DNA of 64,000 nt from Gemmatimonadales bacterium (GCA_041615815.1 JBFJCP010000002.1:96001-160000); one strand, 5' to 3'. Counted from the first letter of the stretch, positions 27,486 to 38,111 are shown. Notes: generated from the letters alone by a model not told the origin. Translations and numbers: made by a program.

Positions 27486-28532
27486 ATGCGCACGTTGCGC
27501 GTTCTCGTTCTCCTGCATGTGGCTTCCGGCGTTGTCGTTGGCCAGGAGCCGGCCAGCTGGGAGCCCGATCTCGAATTCTCCACGTTTTCGATCGCGGCCA
27601 TAGATCCCACAACTGGCGAATCCGGCGTGGCGGTGACCACGCGGGTTGCGTGCGTCGGAAACGGCGTCCCATGGGTTCGGGCTGGCGTTGGGGCCGTGGC
27701 GACCCAGGCGTTTACGAGAACGGCTTACGGTAACGAGCTCTTGGACATGATGTCCCAGGGCACGCCGGCCAGTGACGCGCTCCACCGAGCCGTGTCTGCG
27801 GACACGCTCGCAGCGCGCCGTCAGGTGGGCGTGATCGGACTTGGCAAGGGCAGCGCCCAACACACGGGCTCGAGAACCAATCCGTGGGCCGGACACCGCG
27901 CAGGACCGAACTACGTCACGCAAGGGAACCTGTTGGTCGGTCCCGAGGTCCTGGCGGCCGTGGCTGGGAGCTTCGAGGGATCGGCGGCATCCGGACGCCA
28001 TCTTGCGGACCGTCTCATCGCGGCGCTCGCTGCCGGCCAAGCTGCGGGCGGTGACGCACGCAAGGGTCGGGTCCAGTCCGCTGCGGTCATCGTGGCCGAT
28101 CCCCGAGAGGGCCGTTCACGGCGCGCCGACGGTGTGACAGCACATATCAACGTATGCGAGCATCCTCAGCCGATCGCCGAGTTACGTCGTATCTACAACA
28201 CGGTCTCTCAGACGCTCGGCTACCGGGAGCTCGAGCAGTTTCAAGGACGCGATGTCTGGCAACTCAAGCTGATGCTCCACGCGCTGGGATACTACCGTCC
28301 TGGGATGGACAGCCTCGCCGTAGACGATGACGCATTCGTCTATACAGCCGAAGCGGTATCAGCCGTAGACGCGTTTCGGGAAGCGCAAGGGCTCTCGACT
28401 CCGCAAATCGGAACGCCACCGGGCTATGTGGATGCGGACCTGGTTGCCCGTTTGTGGACCGTGCTCGAAGCGGCCGGGAAAGCCACGCGCGTGTGGGAAC
28501 GCGTCAAGGACCTCACGGCCGTCCGGCGTTGA
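27486..28532 (+). CDS. DUF1028 (Ntn-hydrolase-like) exported protein with C-terminal peptidoglycan-binding-like domain
   Basis: Signal peptide, STFSIAAIDP..GE.GVAV, GVGAVATQA, RQVGVI, QGNLL, AGGDAR, QSAA. C-terminal QLK.MLHALGY...AV.AF. GGAGGAG RBS. Confidence 0.85.
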   Translation: MRTLRVLVLLHVASGVVVGQEPASWEPDLEFSTFSIAAIDPTTGESGVAVTTRVACVGNGVPWVRAGVGAVATQAFTRTAYGNELLDMMSQGTPASDALHRAVSADTLAARRQVGVIGLGKGSAQHTGSRTNPWAGHRAGPNYVTQGNLLVGPEVLAAVAGSFEGSAASGRHLADRLIAALAAGQAAGGDARKGRVQSAAVIVADPREGRSRRADGVTAHINVCEHPQPIAELRRIYNTVSQTLGYRELEQFQGRDVWQLKLMLHALGYYRPGMDSLAVDDDAFVYTAEAVSAVDAFREAQGLSTPQIGTPPGYVDADLVARLWTVLEAAGKATRVWERVKDLTAVRR

Positions 28533-28648
28533 GGAATGAGTCGCTTCACGAAGAAGTTCGTGGTGTCATCACGTACACGCCAGGACAGCAGCCAGCGCGC
28601 GGTAGATCGCCGGCGTTCTCGAAAGAGTAACGACGGGAAGAACGCGAA

Positions 28649-31600
28649 CTAAACAGACGCGGACGGAGCCGCGAGTCGGCGACGCTCAGGACCCCGCTCG
28701 AACAGGAGGTAGAGCGCGGGGGTAACGGTGAGCACGAAGAGGGTGGAGCTGGCGAGACCACCGATGAGGGCGAACCCCAGGGCATTCCAGATGTTGGCGT
28801 CCGCGAATTCGCTGAACAGAACAAGCGGCAGCAACCCGAAGATCGTCGTGGTGCTGGTCATGAGAATGGGCCGGACGCGCTCCAATGTTCCGCGAATCGT
28901 CGCCGCTCGCAGCTCCAGTCCGTCGAGCCGCCTCAGGCGATTGACGTGGTCCACCAGCAGGATTGCGTTGTTCACCACGATCCCACCCATCATGATCACT
29001 CCGATGTACGCTTCTCGCGTGAAGCTGGCACCCGTATACAAAAACAGGAGAAAAACCCCGACGAGCGCCATGGGCACCGCCAGCAATACACACAGTGGTT
29101 GCCGCAGTGACTCGAACAATGCCGCGGTAACCATGAAGACCAAGACCAATGAAATGACCAATACGCCCCAAATCTGGCGCTGCTCGTCGACGGACCAGCG
29201 CCATTCCTCCGATGTCTCGATGCGATATCCGGCTGGCAGGTCCGTGGCTCCAACCGCCACATCCCGAATTCTGTCCCCCAGTTTGGTGGGTCCGCGGAAT
29301 TCATAACTCACATAACGCTGGTACTGTTGGTCTTCCCGCACGATGCGGCTCAAGATCTCGCGCTCTTCCAATGCGCTCACGTCGCTCAAGCGCACCGGGT
29401 CCCCCGACGAGGTCTGAAGCAGGAGATCCCGCAGTTCGACGACGTCGAGCCGGCGATTGCGGGCGAGTTTCACCTCAAACGCCACCTCTTCGCCGCGCAC
29501 GCGGATCCGGTCGCCGCGTACCCGCCCCTGGACGGCGGCGGCCACCTGCCATACGACGTCGCGGGTCGAGAGGCCGTGGAGCCCGAGGCGCGCCCGGTCC
29601 ACACGGAGCACGAACTCCGTGGCCTTATCACGCCGGAACATGCCGGGCGCTGCATTGACGTCCACATCCCGCACCCGAGAGAACCGTGCAAGGCGAAGTC
29701 CTAGGTCCTCCGCGATTCGGCGCACTGTTTCGTAGTTGTAGCCCGCCACCTTGATGGAGTAGTTGGGCGGGCTGCCTCCTCCCCCGTAGAACGATGGGCC
29801 ATAGCCGTAGACCCGCACCTCCGCACCACTGAACAGCATGCTGTACGCGGTCATTTGATCTTTGGTCGCCACCGGGACGCGGGTGGCCTCGAGGGAATCT
29901 GGGAAGGTGATCCGAATCACCGCGTACTGAGGGCGCACATTGGTGACGTACCGTTCAACCTCGGGCAGCTGGGCGAGCCGCTCTTCGAAGTATCGCGTGA
30001 GATCATCGGTACGCTCCAACTCCTCGCCGCGGGGCAACCGAATCACCACCTCCACATAGGTCTGCTCACCCCACCAATTGCGCCAGATCACTCCCCGTAC
30101 CACGTAGTCCTGGAAGAGGTAGTAGGACCCGCCGAGGGTCAGCGCGGCGAGGACGACCGTGACCCATGGGTAGCGGAGCGTGCCACCAAGCAGACCGGAG
30201 TAAAAGCGAACGTAGATAGGGGAGCGGGGGGCGGGGAGCGGGGAGCGGCGAGCCCCACCCCCGCGGGCCGCCTCACCCGACCCGGCCGGGCCACCATCCC
30301 CCGCTCCCCGTATCAGTATCTTGGCCGCCAACGCCGGTATGAAGGAGAACGCGACAAAAAGACTAGCCAATAGACTCATCCCCACGACGATGGCGAGCGG
30401 GACGTAGTACACACGAAGCTCGCCCTGGAGATAGACGAATGGAATGAACACGATGAGCGTGGTGAGCGTCGCTGCGAGAATCGGGAGGACGACTTCGCGA
30501 GCCGCATCCGCCACCGTCGCCTCCACCCACGGTCGGCTCCGCGGATCGGCGGGTCGGCGCGTCGATTCCTGCTTTGCCGTTCCTGCCACGCTAATCTTCC
30601 TATAGACATTCTCCAGCACCACGATCGCGTTATCCACGATCAGCCCGAACCCCATGGCGAGCCCCATGAGTGTCAACACGTTCAGCGTGAATCCACCGAA
30701 GTACATCAGGTTGAGCGCAATCAGGATCGAGAAGCCGATCGTGGCGAATACAATCCCCGCGGAACGGAACGAACGGAGAAACAGGACCAGCACAGTGAAA
30801 ATCACCACCGCGGCTATCAACGCCCGGTAGCGCAAGCTCGTGAGCTGGGTCTCGATGACCTCACTCTCGTCTTCATCCAGGATCAGGCGCACACCTGGGG
30901 GGTGAGTATGCTCGATCGTCACGAGGCGCTGCTTGACCCGTCCAGCGACCCTCACCGTGTTGACGCCGATCTCTTTGTGTACCACGAACGCGACCGCGGG
31001 TAGGCCGTCGATGCGATAGAGCGCCGTGGGCTCTTCGAACGTGTCGTGCACCGTGGCAACATCCCGTACTCGCACTACCCGCCCGGCGTCGATCAGTACG
31101 GGTGCGGCACGCACGTCGTGCGCGGACTCCGTGGTGTGTCGAATGGCCAGCGTTCGAAGCCGACCATTCTCGCGAATGACTCCCGCCTCGCTGACGTATT
31201 CCAACTCTTCGATCTTGGCTCGCACACGCATGGGATCGAGGCCCAGCGCGGTCATCTTCTCTTCGTCGAGCACGATTTCGAGGAGCCGATCGCGCCCGCC
31301 GAGAGTTTCGACGGTGGCCACGCCATCGACCTGGAGCAATGCCGGCACCACCTCATCCTCCACGTGCGTCCGCAATGCCTCCAGCGTGTGAGGACCGGTC
31401 AGCGTGTACTGCAAGAATGCCCGTTCCTGCTGTCGCAGCTCTTGTGGCACGTAAGGTTGGATCCGCGGACCATACACGCCGGGGGGCAGGTCGCGCTCGA
31501 GCGCCGCCAGCCGCTCGGACAGGTCCAGTCGGGCGAAGTCCATGTCCGTGTCTCGCGTGAACTCGACGGTAATCGTCGCGCGGGCGGCACCAAACTCCTC

Positions 31601-31849
31601 GTCGGAGATCGAGAAGACTTTCTCGACGCCTTGGATTTGTTGGACGGCTGCCTCGAGGGGAGACGTCACGAGCGCTTCCATCGCTTCGGGAGATGCATTC
31701 CACCACCAGGCTTGCACAGCGAGTTGTGGAAGTTCTGTATCCGGAAGCAACTCGATGGGGATGTTGCGCCACGCCGCAACACCGAGAACCCCCAAGGCGA
31801 GATACGCCATGGCCACGGCGACGGGTCGGCGGATGGAGAGACCGATCAT
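28649..31849 (-). CDS. RND efflux permease (AcrB/MdtC-like), second subunit
   Basis: SIRRPVAV, TM4 GLIVDNAIVVLENV, TM10 GIVVNNAILLVD, RVRPILMT. Confidence 0.93.
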   Translation of the reverse strand: MIGLSIRRPVAVAMAYLALGVLGVAAWRNIPIELLPDTELPQLAVQAWWWNASPEAMEALVTSPLEAAVQQIQGVEKVFSISDEEFGAARATITVEFTRDTDMDFARLDLSERLAALERDLPPGVYGPRIQPYVPQELRQQERAFLQYTLTGPHTLEALRTHVEDEVVPALLQVDGVATVETLGGRDRLLEIVLDEEKMTALGLDPMRVRAKIEELEYVSEAGVIRENGRLRTLAIRHTTESAHDVRAAPVLIDAGRVVRVRDVATVHDTFEEPTALYRIDGLPAVAFVVHKEIGVNTVRVAGRVKQRLVTIEHTHPPGVRLILDEDESEVIETQLTSLRYRALIAAVVIFTVLVLFLRSFRSAGIVFATIGFSILIALNLMYFGGFTLNVLTLMGLAMGFGLIVDNAIVVLENVYRKISVAGTAKQESTRRPADPRSRPWVEATVADAAREVVLPILAATLTTLIVFIPFVYLQGELRVYYVPLAIVVGMSLLASLFVAFSFIPALAAKILIRGAGDGGPAGSGEAARGGGARRSPLPAPRSPIYVRFYSGLLGGTLRYPWVTVVLAALTLGGSYYLFQDYVVRGVIWRNWWGEQTYVEVVIRLPRGEELERTDDLTRYFEERLAQLPEVERYVTNVRPQYAVIRITFPDSLEATRVPVATKDQMTAYSMLFSGAEVRVYGYGPSFYGGGGSPPNYSIKVAGYNYETVRRIAEDLGLRLARFSRVRDVDVNAAPGMFRRDKATEFVLRVDRARLGLHGLSTRDVVWQVAAAVQGRVRGDRIRVRGEEVAFEVKLARNRRLDVVELRDLLLQTSSGDPVRLSDVSALEEREILSRIVREDQQYQRYVSYEFRGPTKLGDRIRDVAVGATDLPAGYRIETSEEWRWSVDEQRQIWGVLVISLVLVFMVTAALFESLRQPLCVLLAVPMALVGVFLLFLYTGASFTREAYIGVIMMGGIVVNNAILLVDHVNRLRRLDGLELRAATIRGTLERVRPILMTSTTTIFGLLPLVLFSEFADANIWNALGFALIGGLASSTLFVLTVTPALYLLFERGPERRRLAAPSASV
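30215..30314. repeat. Inverted-repeat-bounded heptamer element in frame within the RND gene
   Basis: Four GGGG(A/G)GC heptamers at 30219-30246. GGGGAGCGGGGG (30219-30230) is perfectly inverted at 30298-30309. Confidence 0.65.
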
Positions 31850-31856
31850 GTCGGTT

Positions 31857-31888
31857 GGAGGATGGCAGGATCGAAGGACAGAAAGTGA
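31857..31888. repeat. Degenerate 8-nt tandem repeat in the RND-RND spacer
   Basis: ggaggatg gcaggatc gaaggaca gaaagtga. Confidence 0.4.
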
Positions 31889-31943
31889 ATCGGCGGCAAG
31901 GCGGGCGCGTCGCCTCTGCCGCAGCGGCCGGCACTACCGCCCA

Positions 31944-34900
31944 TCATAGTTCCTGTCCAATCCGGAATTCGCTGGGCGCGCTGAGGCCCATCACCGCCCG
32001 AATCTTTCCCCGCACCTCCTCCAAGAGATCGTACGCTACCGGCACTACGACCAGCGTGAGCGCTGTCGCGCTCAGAAGCCCGCCAATGACGGCGAGGGCC
32101 AGCGGGGCGCGGAGGTCCGCACCCCGCCCCACGCCAAGCGCCATGGGGGTGAGACCCAGCACCGTGGTCACCGTGGTCATCACGATGGGACGAAGCCGGA
32201 CCCGACCCGCCTCGAGAATCGCGGTCCGCAGTGCCATTCCTTCTTTCCGCAGCTGATTGATGAAATCCACCTTGACGATGGCGTCGTTCACGACGATCCC
32301 GACGAGGATCACCAGACCGATCAGGCTCATGGTGTTCAGGCCTTCACCTGCCACGAACAGCGCCACCGCCGCTCCCACCGTCGCCAATGGCACGCTGAGT
32401 AGGATCGTGAAGGGATGAATCAGCGATTCGAACTGGGCCGCCAGAATCATGTAGACGAGCAACAGTGCCAGACCAAACGCAAAGGCCAGTTCGCGGAAGC
32501 TCTTGGTGCGCTCATCGTTCGCGCCCCCAACCTCTACCCGTACCCCGCCGGGCGGCGGTGCCTGTCGAAGCTCCTCCCTGGCGGCTGCCACCGCCGCATC
32601 GAGACCGTCCACCGCGTCCGCGTGGACGGTCACGGTGCGCGACTGCTCGAGCCGCCGGACCTCAGAGGGACCGACTTCTTCGTATGTTGCGACCAACTCC
32701 CTCAAGGGCACCCCATTCACTTGCAACGTGCGCAGTGTCCCGAGCGATTGGCGCTCTGCTTCCGGAAACCGTACCACCACGGGAACCTTCTCATCGAAGT
32801 CGAGGAACTCCGTTGCCAAGTTACCGCGCATGGCGTGCTGCACCGTTTGGGCAATCACACGCGGCTCGATGCCGAATGCTGCTGCCCGTTCCCGATCGAT
32901 CTCCACTCGAATCTCGGGCTGACCCTCTTCTGTTGCCACACGGACGTTGGTGAGGGATGGCGATTTCACCATTCGGTCCGCGACAGCGATGGCGTAGTTC
33001 CTTATTGCGGCGAGATCATCCCCCCTCACGCGGACGGCCAAGTCTGCTTCATCGCCCCCCAATAGCCGTCCCAACGCGGTAGCCGTTCCCGTTTCAATGG
33101 CAAATACGCCAGCGGGAACATCGGCCAACGCCGTCCGCAGTGACGCCACTGCCTGCGACGTCGCCTCACCGACCCGTAGACGAACATCCACCACGGCCGT
33201 GTGGAGTCCACTCTCGTCGTTTTCGACTCCGGCAACCGCTTCCTGCCTGCCGACACGAGTGAACACGGAAAGCACTGCCGGATCGGCGAGCGCCGCCCGC
33301 TCGACCCGGGCGGCAAACATCTCGGTCTCCTCGATGGGCGTGCCGCGGGCGAGCGCGATGCGAACACGGAACGCACCTTGATCCACCTCTGGCAACACAT
33401 CTCGATCGAGCAAGGCACCCACCATCACGCCGACCACCAGTGCCAAAGCTGCCAGCCCCACGACCCGAGCGCGCTGTCCGAGCGCCGCCACGAGAATCCG
33501 ATGATACCAATCGGCGAACGATCGGAAAGATCGGTCGAAGGCGTCGAGGAGCGGTCGGAATACCCGTCGGCTGATCGACCCCACGCTTACCCACATGTCA
33601 ACCACCAGCCGGCGGAGTCCCGTGGCTCGGGTCCCGTCTCCGGTGCGGGCCGCCATCATTGGCAGGAGCGTAACCGCCACGAGCAGGCTCGCCAGCAACG
33701 AACACGCAACGGCGAGCGACAACGCACCGAAGAGTTCTCCCGCCACGCCTTCGACGTACAGGATAGGTGCAAACACGCTGATGGTCGTGAGCGTCGATGC
33801 CGTAATGGCTCCTCGCACTTCATCCGTGCCGCGCTCCGCCGAATCCGTCGTTGCCTCACCCAGCTCTTGATGCCGAAAGATGTTCTCCAGGACGACGATC
33901 GAGTTGTCGACGAGCATGCCGATACCCAGCGCCAGACCACCGAGACTCATGATGTTGAGTGTGACACCGGCCAGATCGAGCAGCGAAAACGTGGCCACCA
34001 CCGAGATCGGGATCGCGAGTGCAACCGCCACCGGATAGCGCGCATTCCCGAGAAACAGGAACAGCACCACAAACGCGAGGATGCCTCCAAGGACCAGGGC
34101 TTGGACCACGTTGGCGATCGCCTCCGTGATGAATCCCGCCTGACTCATGGCCACGTCGAGACGCATCTCGGGATACTCACGTCGAAGTTGACCCAATACC
34201 GCGTCGACATCGTCGGCAACCCGAACCGTGTTGGCACCAGACTCCTTGAAGAGCAAGAGTCCAACAGCCTCAACGCCTCCATGCCGTGCCGCGGATTCGC
34301 GCTCGCGGAATCCGTCTTCGATGACAGCCACGTCCCGTAGCAGGATGAGATTTTCGGCATCGTCGGTGTCGGGATTCAGCGGTACGTCGCCGATCTCCCC
34401 GACTGTTTGGAATTCCCCCAGCGTTCGAAGCGCGTAGCGGTAGCGGCCGCGCCGGATGGTGCCGCCCGGCGCACTTTCGTTGGCTGCGTCGATGGCGTCG
34501 CTGATCTGGTCGATCGTGAGTCCGTACGTCTCGAGGAGCGCCGGATCCACATCCACGTGGATCTCTCGCTCGAGGCCACCCGTTACCGCGGCTTCCGCAA
34601 CACCGTCGATCTGCTCCAGGCGTCGCTTGAAGATCGACTCCGCCAGATCCTTGAGCCCAGCGAGATCGGAGCCGCCCGCAAGCGAGAGCGCCATGATCGG
34701 TTCGGCGTTGGGGTCGGTTCGCAGCACGACGGGTCGGTCCGCCAGGTCTGGAAGCGCGTCACGAATGTTATCGAGCTGCTCGCGGACACCCAGCACGGCA
34801 AAATCCATGTTCGTCCCCCACACAAACCTGAGGGTCACGAGCGACACACCTTCTCGCGATACGCTCTCCACGCGTTCCACACCGGGAACCCGTGCCGTAG

Positions 34901-35108
34901 CGCGCTCTATGGGCTCGGTGACGAACTGCTCGACCTCGGCCGGAGCCACATCGGGATACCCCGTGTAGATCACGAGCCGTGGGTAGGCGATGTCGGGAAG
35001 CAGGTCGATGGGGAGACGGGCGAACGAGATGAGGCCGAGGAACATGACGCCGACGAAGAACATGGCCACCGCCACCGGCCGCCGAATGGCGAGGCGAGAG
35101 AGACTCAC
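31944..35108 (-). CDS. RND efflux permease (AcrB/MdtB-like), first subunit
   Basis: AIRRPVAV, GMLVDNSIVVLENI, YMILAAQFES, GIVVNDAIVKVDF, RLRPIVMT. GTGA overlap with the TolC stop. Confidence 0.93.
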   Translation of the reverse strand: MSLSRLAIRRPVAVAMFFVGVMFLGLISFARLPIDLLPDIAYPRLVIYTGYPDVAPAEVEQFVTEPIERATARVPGVERVESVSREGVSLVTLRFVWGTNMDFAVLGVREQLDNIRDALPDLADRPVVLRTDPNAEPIMALSLAGGSDLAGLKDLAESIFKRRLEQIDGVAEAAVTGGLEREIHVDVDPALLETYGLTIDQISDAIDAANESAPGGTIRRGRYRYALRTLGEFQTVGEIGDVPLNPDTDDAENLILLRDVAVIEDGFRERESAARHGGVEAVGLLLFKESGANTVRVADDVDAVLGQLRREYPEMRLDVAMSQAGFITEAIANVVQALVLGGILAFVVLFLFLGNARYPVAVALAIPISVVATFSLLDLAGVTLNIMSLGGLALGIGMLVDNSIVVLENIFRHQELGEATTDSAERGTDEVRGAITASTLTTISVFAPILYVEGVAGELFGALSLAVACSLLASLLVAVTLLPMMAARTGDGTRATGLRRLVVDMWVSVGSISRRVFRPLLDAFDRSFRSFADWYHRILVAALGQRARVVGLAALALVVGVMVGALLDRDVLPEVDQGAFRVRIALARGTPIEETEMFAARVERAALADPAVLSVFTRVGRQEAVAGVENDESGLHTAVVDVRLRVGEATSQAVASLRTALADVPAGVFAIETGTATALGRLLGGDEADLAVRVRGDDLAAIRNYAIAVADRMVKSPSLTNVRVATEEGQPEIRVEIDRERAAAFGIEPRVIAQTVQHAMRGNLATEFLDFDEKVPVVVRFPEAERQSLGTLRTLQVNGVPLRELVATYEEVGPSEVRRLEQSRTVTVHADAVDGLDAAVAAAREELRQAPPPGGVRVEVGGANDERTKSFRELAFAFGLALLLVYMILAAQFESLIHPFTILLSVPLATVGAAVALFVAGEGLNTMSLIGLVILVGIVVNDAIVKVDFINQLRKEGMALRTAILEAGRVRLRPIVMTTVTTVLGLTPMALGVGRGADLRAPLALAVIGGLLSATALTLVVVPVAYDLLEEVRGKIRAVMGLSAPSEFRIGQEL

Positions 35109-36451
35109 GGTTGAATGCGCTCGCCCACCAGTTCCTGCACCGTGGCCAGGGCCGTCGCGAACTCCATGCTGGCGGTGAGCGCCTGCCGTTCGTCGTCTGC
35201 GGACCGCGTCACGATTTGCTGCAGCTCCGTGAATCCGAGCGAACCCGCCCGGTATTGCTCCCGCGCCATCTCGACTCTCCGGCGCCCGAGCTCTGCAGAC
35301 CGGCGAGCCAGCTGCACGGTCCGAAACGCGTTCCCCAGGTCGATGATCGCGCTTCGCACCTCTCGCTCGAGCCGCAAACGCTCTTCTCGCAGGTCCTCCC
35401 GCGCCGCTTCCTCGGAAGCGGCCGCGCGCGCGATCGTCTGGGATGTCTGAAACCCGCTGAACAAGGGAATACTCGCCGTGAGACTGAACCCAACGTTCCG
35501 ATCCTTTGGATTCAGATCGAACAGTGCATCGTAGCTGTTGCGGTTCGAGAATCGCGTAAAGCTCCCTCTCGCCTCGAGCGTGGGCCAGCGGACCGCTCGC
35601 GCGGCACCGGTCTGATAGTCCGCTTCCGCAACCCGCGCGGTGGCGACTTCGATTCTCGGGTGACGCGCGATCGCGCGGCGAACCAATGCTTCCGTATCGA
35701 GCGCTCGCACGTCGAAGGGCGACGGGAAATCCCCCACCGGCTCGAACCCGGCCTCACCCTCGATACCCATCTCCTGTGCGAGCGTGAGCGTTGCCTTCCG
35801 GGCGTCGCCGCGCGCCCGCTCCAGCGATTGCTCCTGCCGCGCGACCTCGATCTCCGCTCCGAGTACGTCCACCTGCGTCTGTCCCGCCACACCGAAAAGC
35901 CGTTCGGTGGCGGCGAGCTCCTCGCGCCGCGCAGCGAGCAGCCGTTGCTCGATCTCGACCAAAAGCTGCGCCCGACGAGCATCGTAGAACCGCCTGGTGA
36001 TCTCCGCGTCGAGCCGAAGCGCCTCGGCATCCACCGCTCGGTCGAGCGCCGCCGCCCCCGCCCGCGCGGCCTTCAGCGTGTTCACGTTCCGAAACCCGTC
36101 GAACAGCGTGAGGCTCGCACCGACGGTCTGGCTGGCACCGCTCGACTGGAAGGTGATCGGGCTGGGAAGCTCTACCGGTTGGCCAAAATCGTCTTCTCCG
36201 GTCACCCGCGTGAGCGACGAGCCGGTGAAGGAGAGACCGCCCTCGACCCTCGGCAGAAAACTCCCGATGCCTGCGCGAATGTCGGCGCCAGTGGCATCCG
36301 CCTGTGCCTGGGATCTGAGCAAGGCCGGATTGCGCTGCCGCGCCAGCCGCAGCGCGTCCTCCAGGGTGAGCCGTTCTGGGATCTCCTGCGCGTTGATTGG
36401 ACCTACTCCGCCCATCAGAAGAAGTGTCAGGTAGAACAGTCCGGTCCTCAT
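35105..36451 (-). CDS. TolC-family outer membrane protein
   Basis: Signal peptide from ATG 36451, LTLEDAL...NP, TLFDGF, IPLFSGF, two OEP repeats. Confidence 0.88.
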   Translation of the reverse strand: MRTGLFYLTLLLMGGVGPINAQEIPERLTLEDALRLARQRNPALLRSQAQADATGADIRAGIGSFLPRVEGGLSFTGSSLTRVTGEDDFGQPVELPSPITFQSSGASQTVGASLTLFDGFRNVNTLKAARAGAAALDRAVDAEALRLDAEITRRFYDARRAQLLVEIEQRLLAARREELAATERLFGVAGQTQVDVLGAEIEVARQEQSLERARGDARKATLTLAQEMGIEGEAGFEPVGDFPSPFDVRALDTEALVRRAIARHPRIEVATARVAEADYQTGAARAVRWPTLEARGSFTRFSNRNSYDALFDLNPKDRNVGFSLTASIPLFSGFQTSQTIARAAASEEAAREDLREERLRLEREVRSAIIDLGNAFRTVQLARRSAELGRRRVEMAREQYRAGSLGFTELQQIVTRSADDERQALTASMEFATALATVQELVGERIQP

Positions 36452-36496
36452 TCTGTTCTGCCTCTTCTGCCCCTTCCGCCACCCTCGCCCCTTCCG
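36452..36496. repeat. Degenerate 9-nt tandem repeat (five copies) in the MFP-TolC spacer
   Basis: tctgttctg cctcttctg ccccttccg ccaccctcg ccccttccg. Confidence 0.55.
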
Positions 36497-36503
36497 CCGC
36501 CAT

Positions 36504-37691
36504 TCATCTCGGCCTCCCACCTTCAGCTCGCACATTCCCCACCAACCGCACCTGCGCATCATGGATCAAGGTGTAATGGCCATCGGTGAGCACGATCTCA
36601 CCCCGCCCGACCATCTCGGTCTCGGGATTCTCGACGATCTCAACCACGGAGTCGTTGGCCAGCCCGGTCGTCACGTACCGCCATTTGGCGAGTCCGAGCG
36701 CACTCTCCCCCTCGAACACGAAGAGCATGGTGCGACGGTCTCGCTCGAGAACGGCGGCTCGAGGCACTAAGATGCGATCGGGAAACTGGCGGGCCTCGAG
36801 CGACACACGGGCGTACATGCCGGGGAGAATGCGACCGTCCGAGTTCGGAATGTTGACTGTCACTCGCGCCGTTCGGGTATCGCGCTCGACCACCGGATTG
36901 ATCGTCGCGATACGTCCCGTGAATGTCTCGCCCGGGTAGGCCGCAAAACGTACCGATGCGCCGCGACCCGGCGTGAGTAGCGCCACCTCGCTTTCGAGAA
37001 CCTTGACCTCCACGCGGATGGGTTCGAGATCGACCACGGTGAGTAGCTCGTCACCCTCGCCGACCCACTGTCCCTCCACGATCTCGATGTTGGCGACCCG
37101 TCCCGCGAACGGTGCCGATACGCGGGTACGCTGGAGCCGCAGTTGCGCCTCTTGGAGACTCACTCGCCCCTCGTCTAACCCGCTCTTGGCCCGCGCCACG
37201 CGATCGCGCTCGGCGCGCACCACGGAGTCCTGGATCTCGTCGTCGAACAGCGTCAGCTCGCGGTACTCGGCCTGGGCTCTGGCGAGCGCGGCTTCCGCTT
37301 TGGCCACGGCCAGCTCGTATTCGGTGGGATCGATCTCGATCAGCAGACGTCCGCCACCCACGCGATGATTCTCACCCACGTGAATCCTGGTGACACGACC
37401 CTGCACTTGCGCGCGAAGAGCGGCGCGTTTTGCCGCCGCGGCCTCGGCGGCCGCCGAGACGGAGATGACGAGCGTGTCGCGCACTACCGATGCTCCGGAG
37501 ACGGGGATCGCCGTGGCCGTGGAGAAGGCGCTCGTCGCCGGCACGTCGGACCCACCCCCGCTCGCCGCCGCAGTCTCGTCCACTCCCACCTTGTCCGCAG
37601 CACGCCCGATCCTGAGATAGATACCGCCCGCGAGGAGGATCAGCACGACCATGACGACGGAAAACCCAATGAGACGACTAGGCGGATGCAT
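36504..37691 (-). CDS. RND periplasmic adaptor (membrane fusion protein)
   Basis: N-terminal TM helix, APFAGRV, INPVV...TRT, ILPGMYARV, VPRAAV. Confidence 0.92.
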   Translation of the reverse strand: MHPPSRLIGFSVVMVVLILLAGGIYLRIGRAADKVGVDETAAASGGGSDVPATSAFSTATAIPVSGASVVRDTLVISVSAAAEAAAAKRAALRAQVQGRVTRIHVGENHRVGGGRLLIEIDPTEYELAVAKAEAALARAQAEYRELTLFDDEIQDSVVRAERDRVARAKSGLDEGRVSLQEAQLRLQRTRVSAPFAGRVANIEIVEGQWVGEGDELLTVVDLEPIRVEVKVLESEVALLTPGRGASVRFAAYPGETFTGRIATINPVVERDTRTARVTVNIPNSDGRILPGMYARVSLEARQFPDRILVPRAAVLERDRRTMLFVFEGESALGLAKWRYVTTGLANDSVVEIVENPETEMVGRGEIVLTDGHYTLIHDAQVRLVGNVRAEGGRPR

Positions 37692-37882
37692 CGATGTGCT
37701 TCACTCCCGAGAAGGCGCTTGCTCGCCGGCGGCACGCCGATAGCCAACCCGTAGATGCGCCGCGCTCCCCCGTGGTCGCATCACGGAAGAGCCAGGAGCG
37801 CCACCGCGTGCAACAATTGTGAAAGATGAAGTCACTGAGCCGTGACAGACAGATCGAAGTCACGCACGAAGGGGCGATTTGG

Positions 37883-38098
37883 TCATTCCAGGAATCGGAC
37901 CTCGCCATGTTGGGGCGACGCCCATTCGTGGCAGAGGTCGGCCAAGTATCGAGCGAGCGACGAATCGTCGGCCCAATCCGGAATCGGGAAGTCATGAGGT
38001 GGCCGTCGCGTGCCCTCACCCTGCAAGGACCACACGAGCCACCGCGTGCCCTCGCGTTCCACACCCACCAGCCTCCCGAACACGTCGAATCGATGCAT
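37883..38098 (-). CDS. Small hypothetical protein (71 aa)
   Basis: MHRFDVFGR...EG.RR...F.IP...L.RYL.DL.HEWA pattern resembles a small conserved family of unknown function. Confidence 0.65.
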   Translation of the reverse strand: MHRFDVFGRLVGVEREGTRWLVWSLQGEGTRRPPHDFPIPDWADDSSLARYLADLCHEWASPQHGEVRFLE

Positions 38099-38111
38099 TG
38101 GGATCACCCGC

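Noticed and set aside
37730..37744. Sigma-54-like CGGCACGCCGATAGC on the plus strand
   Set aside because: It points away from the RND operon toward the 3' end of a convergent gene, so there is no target.
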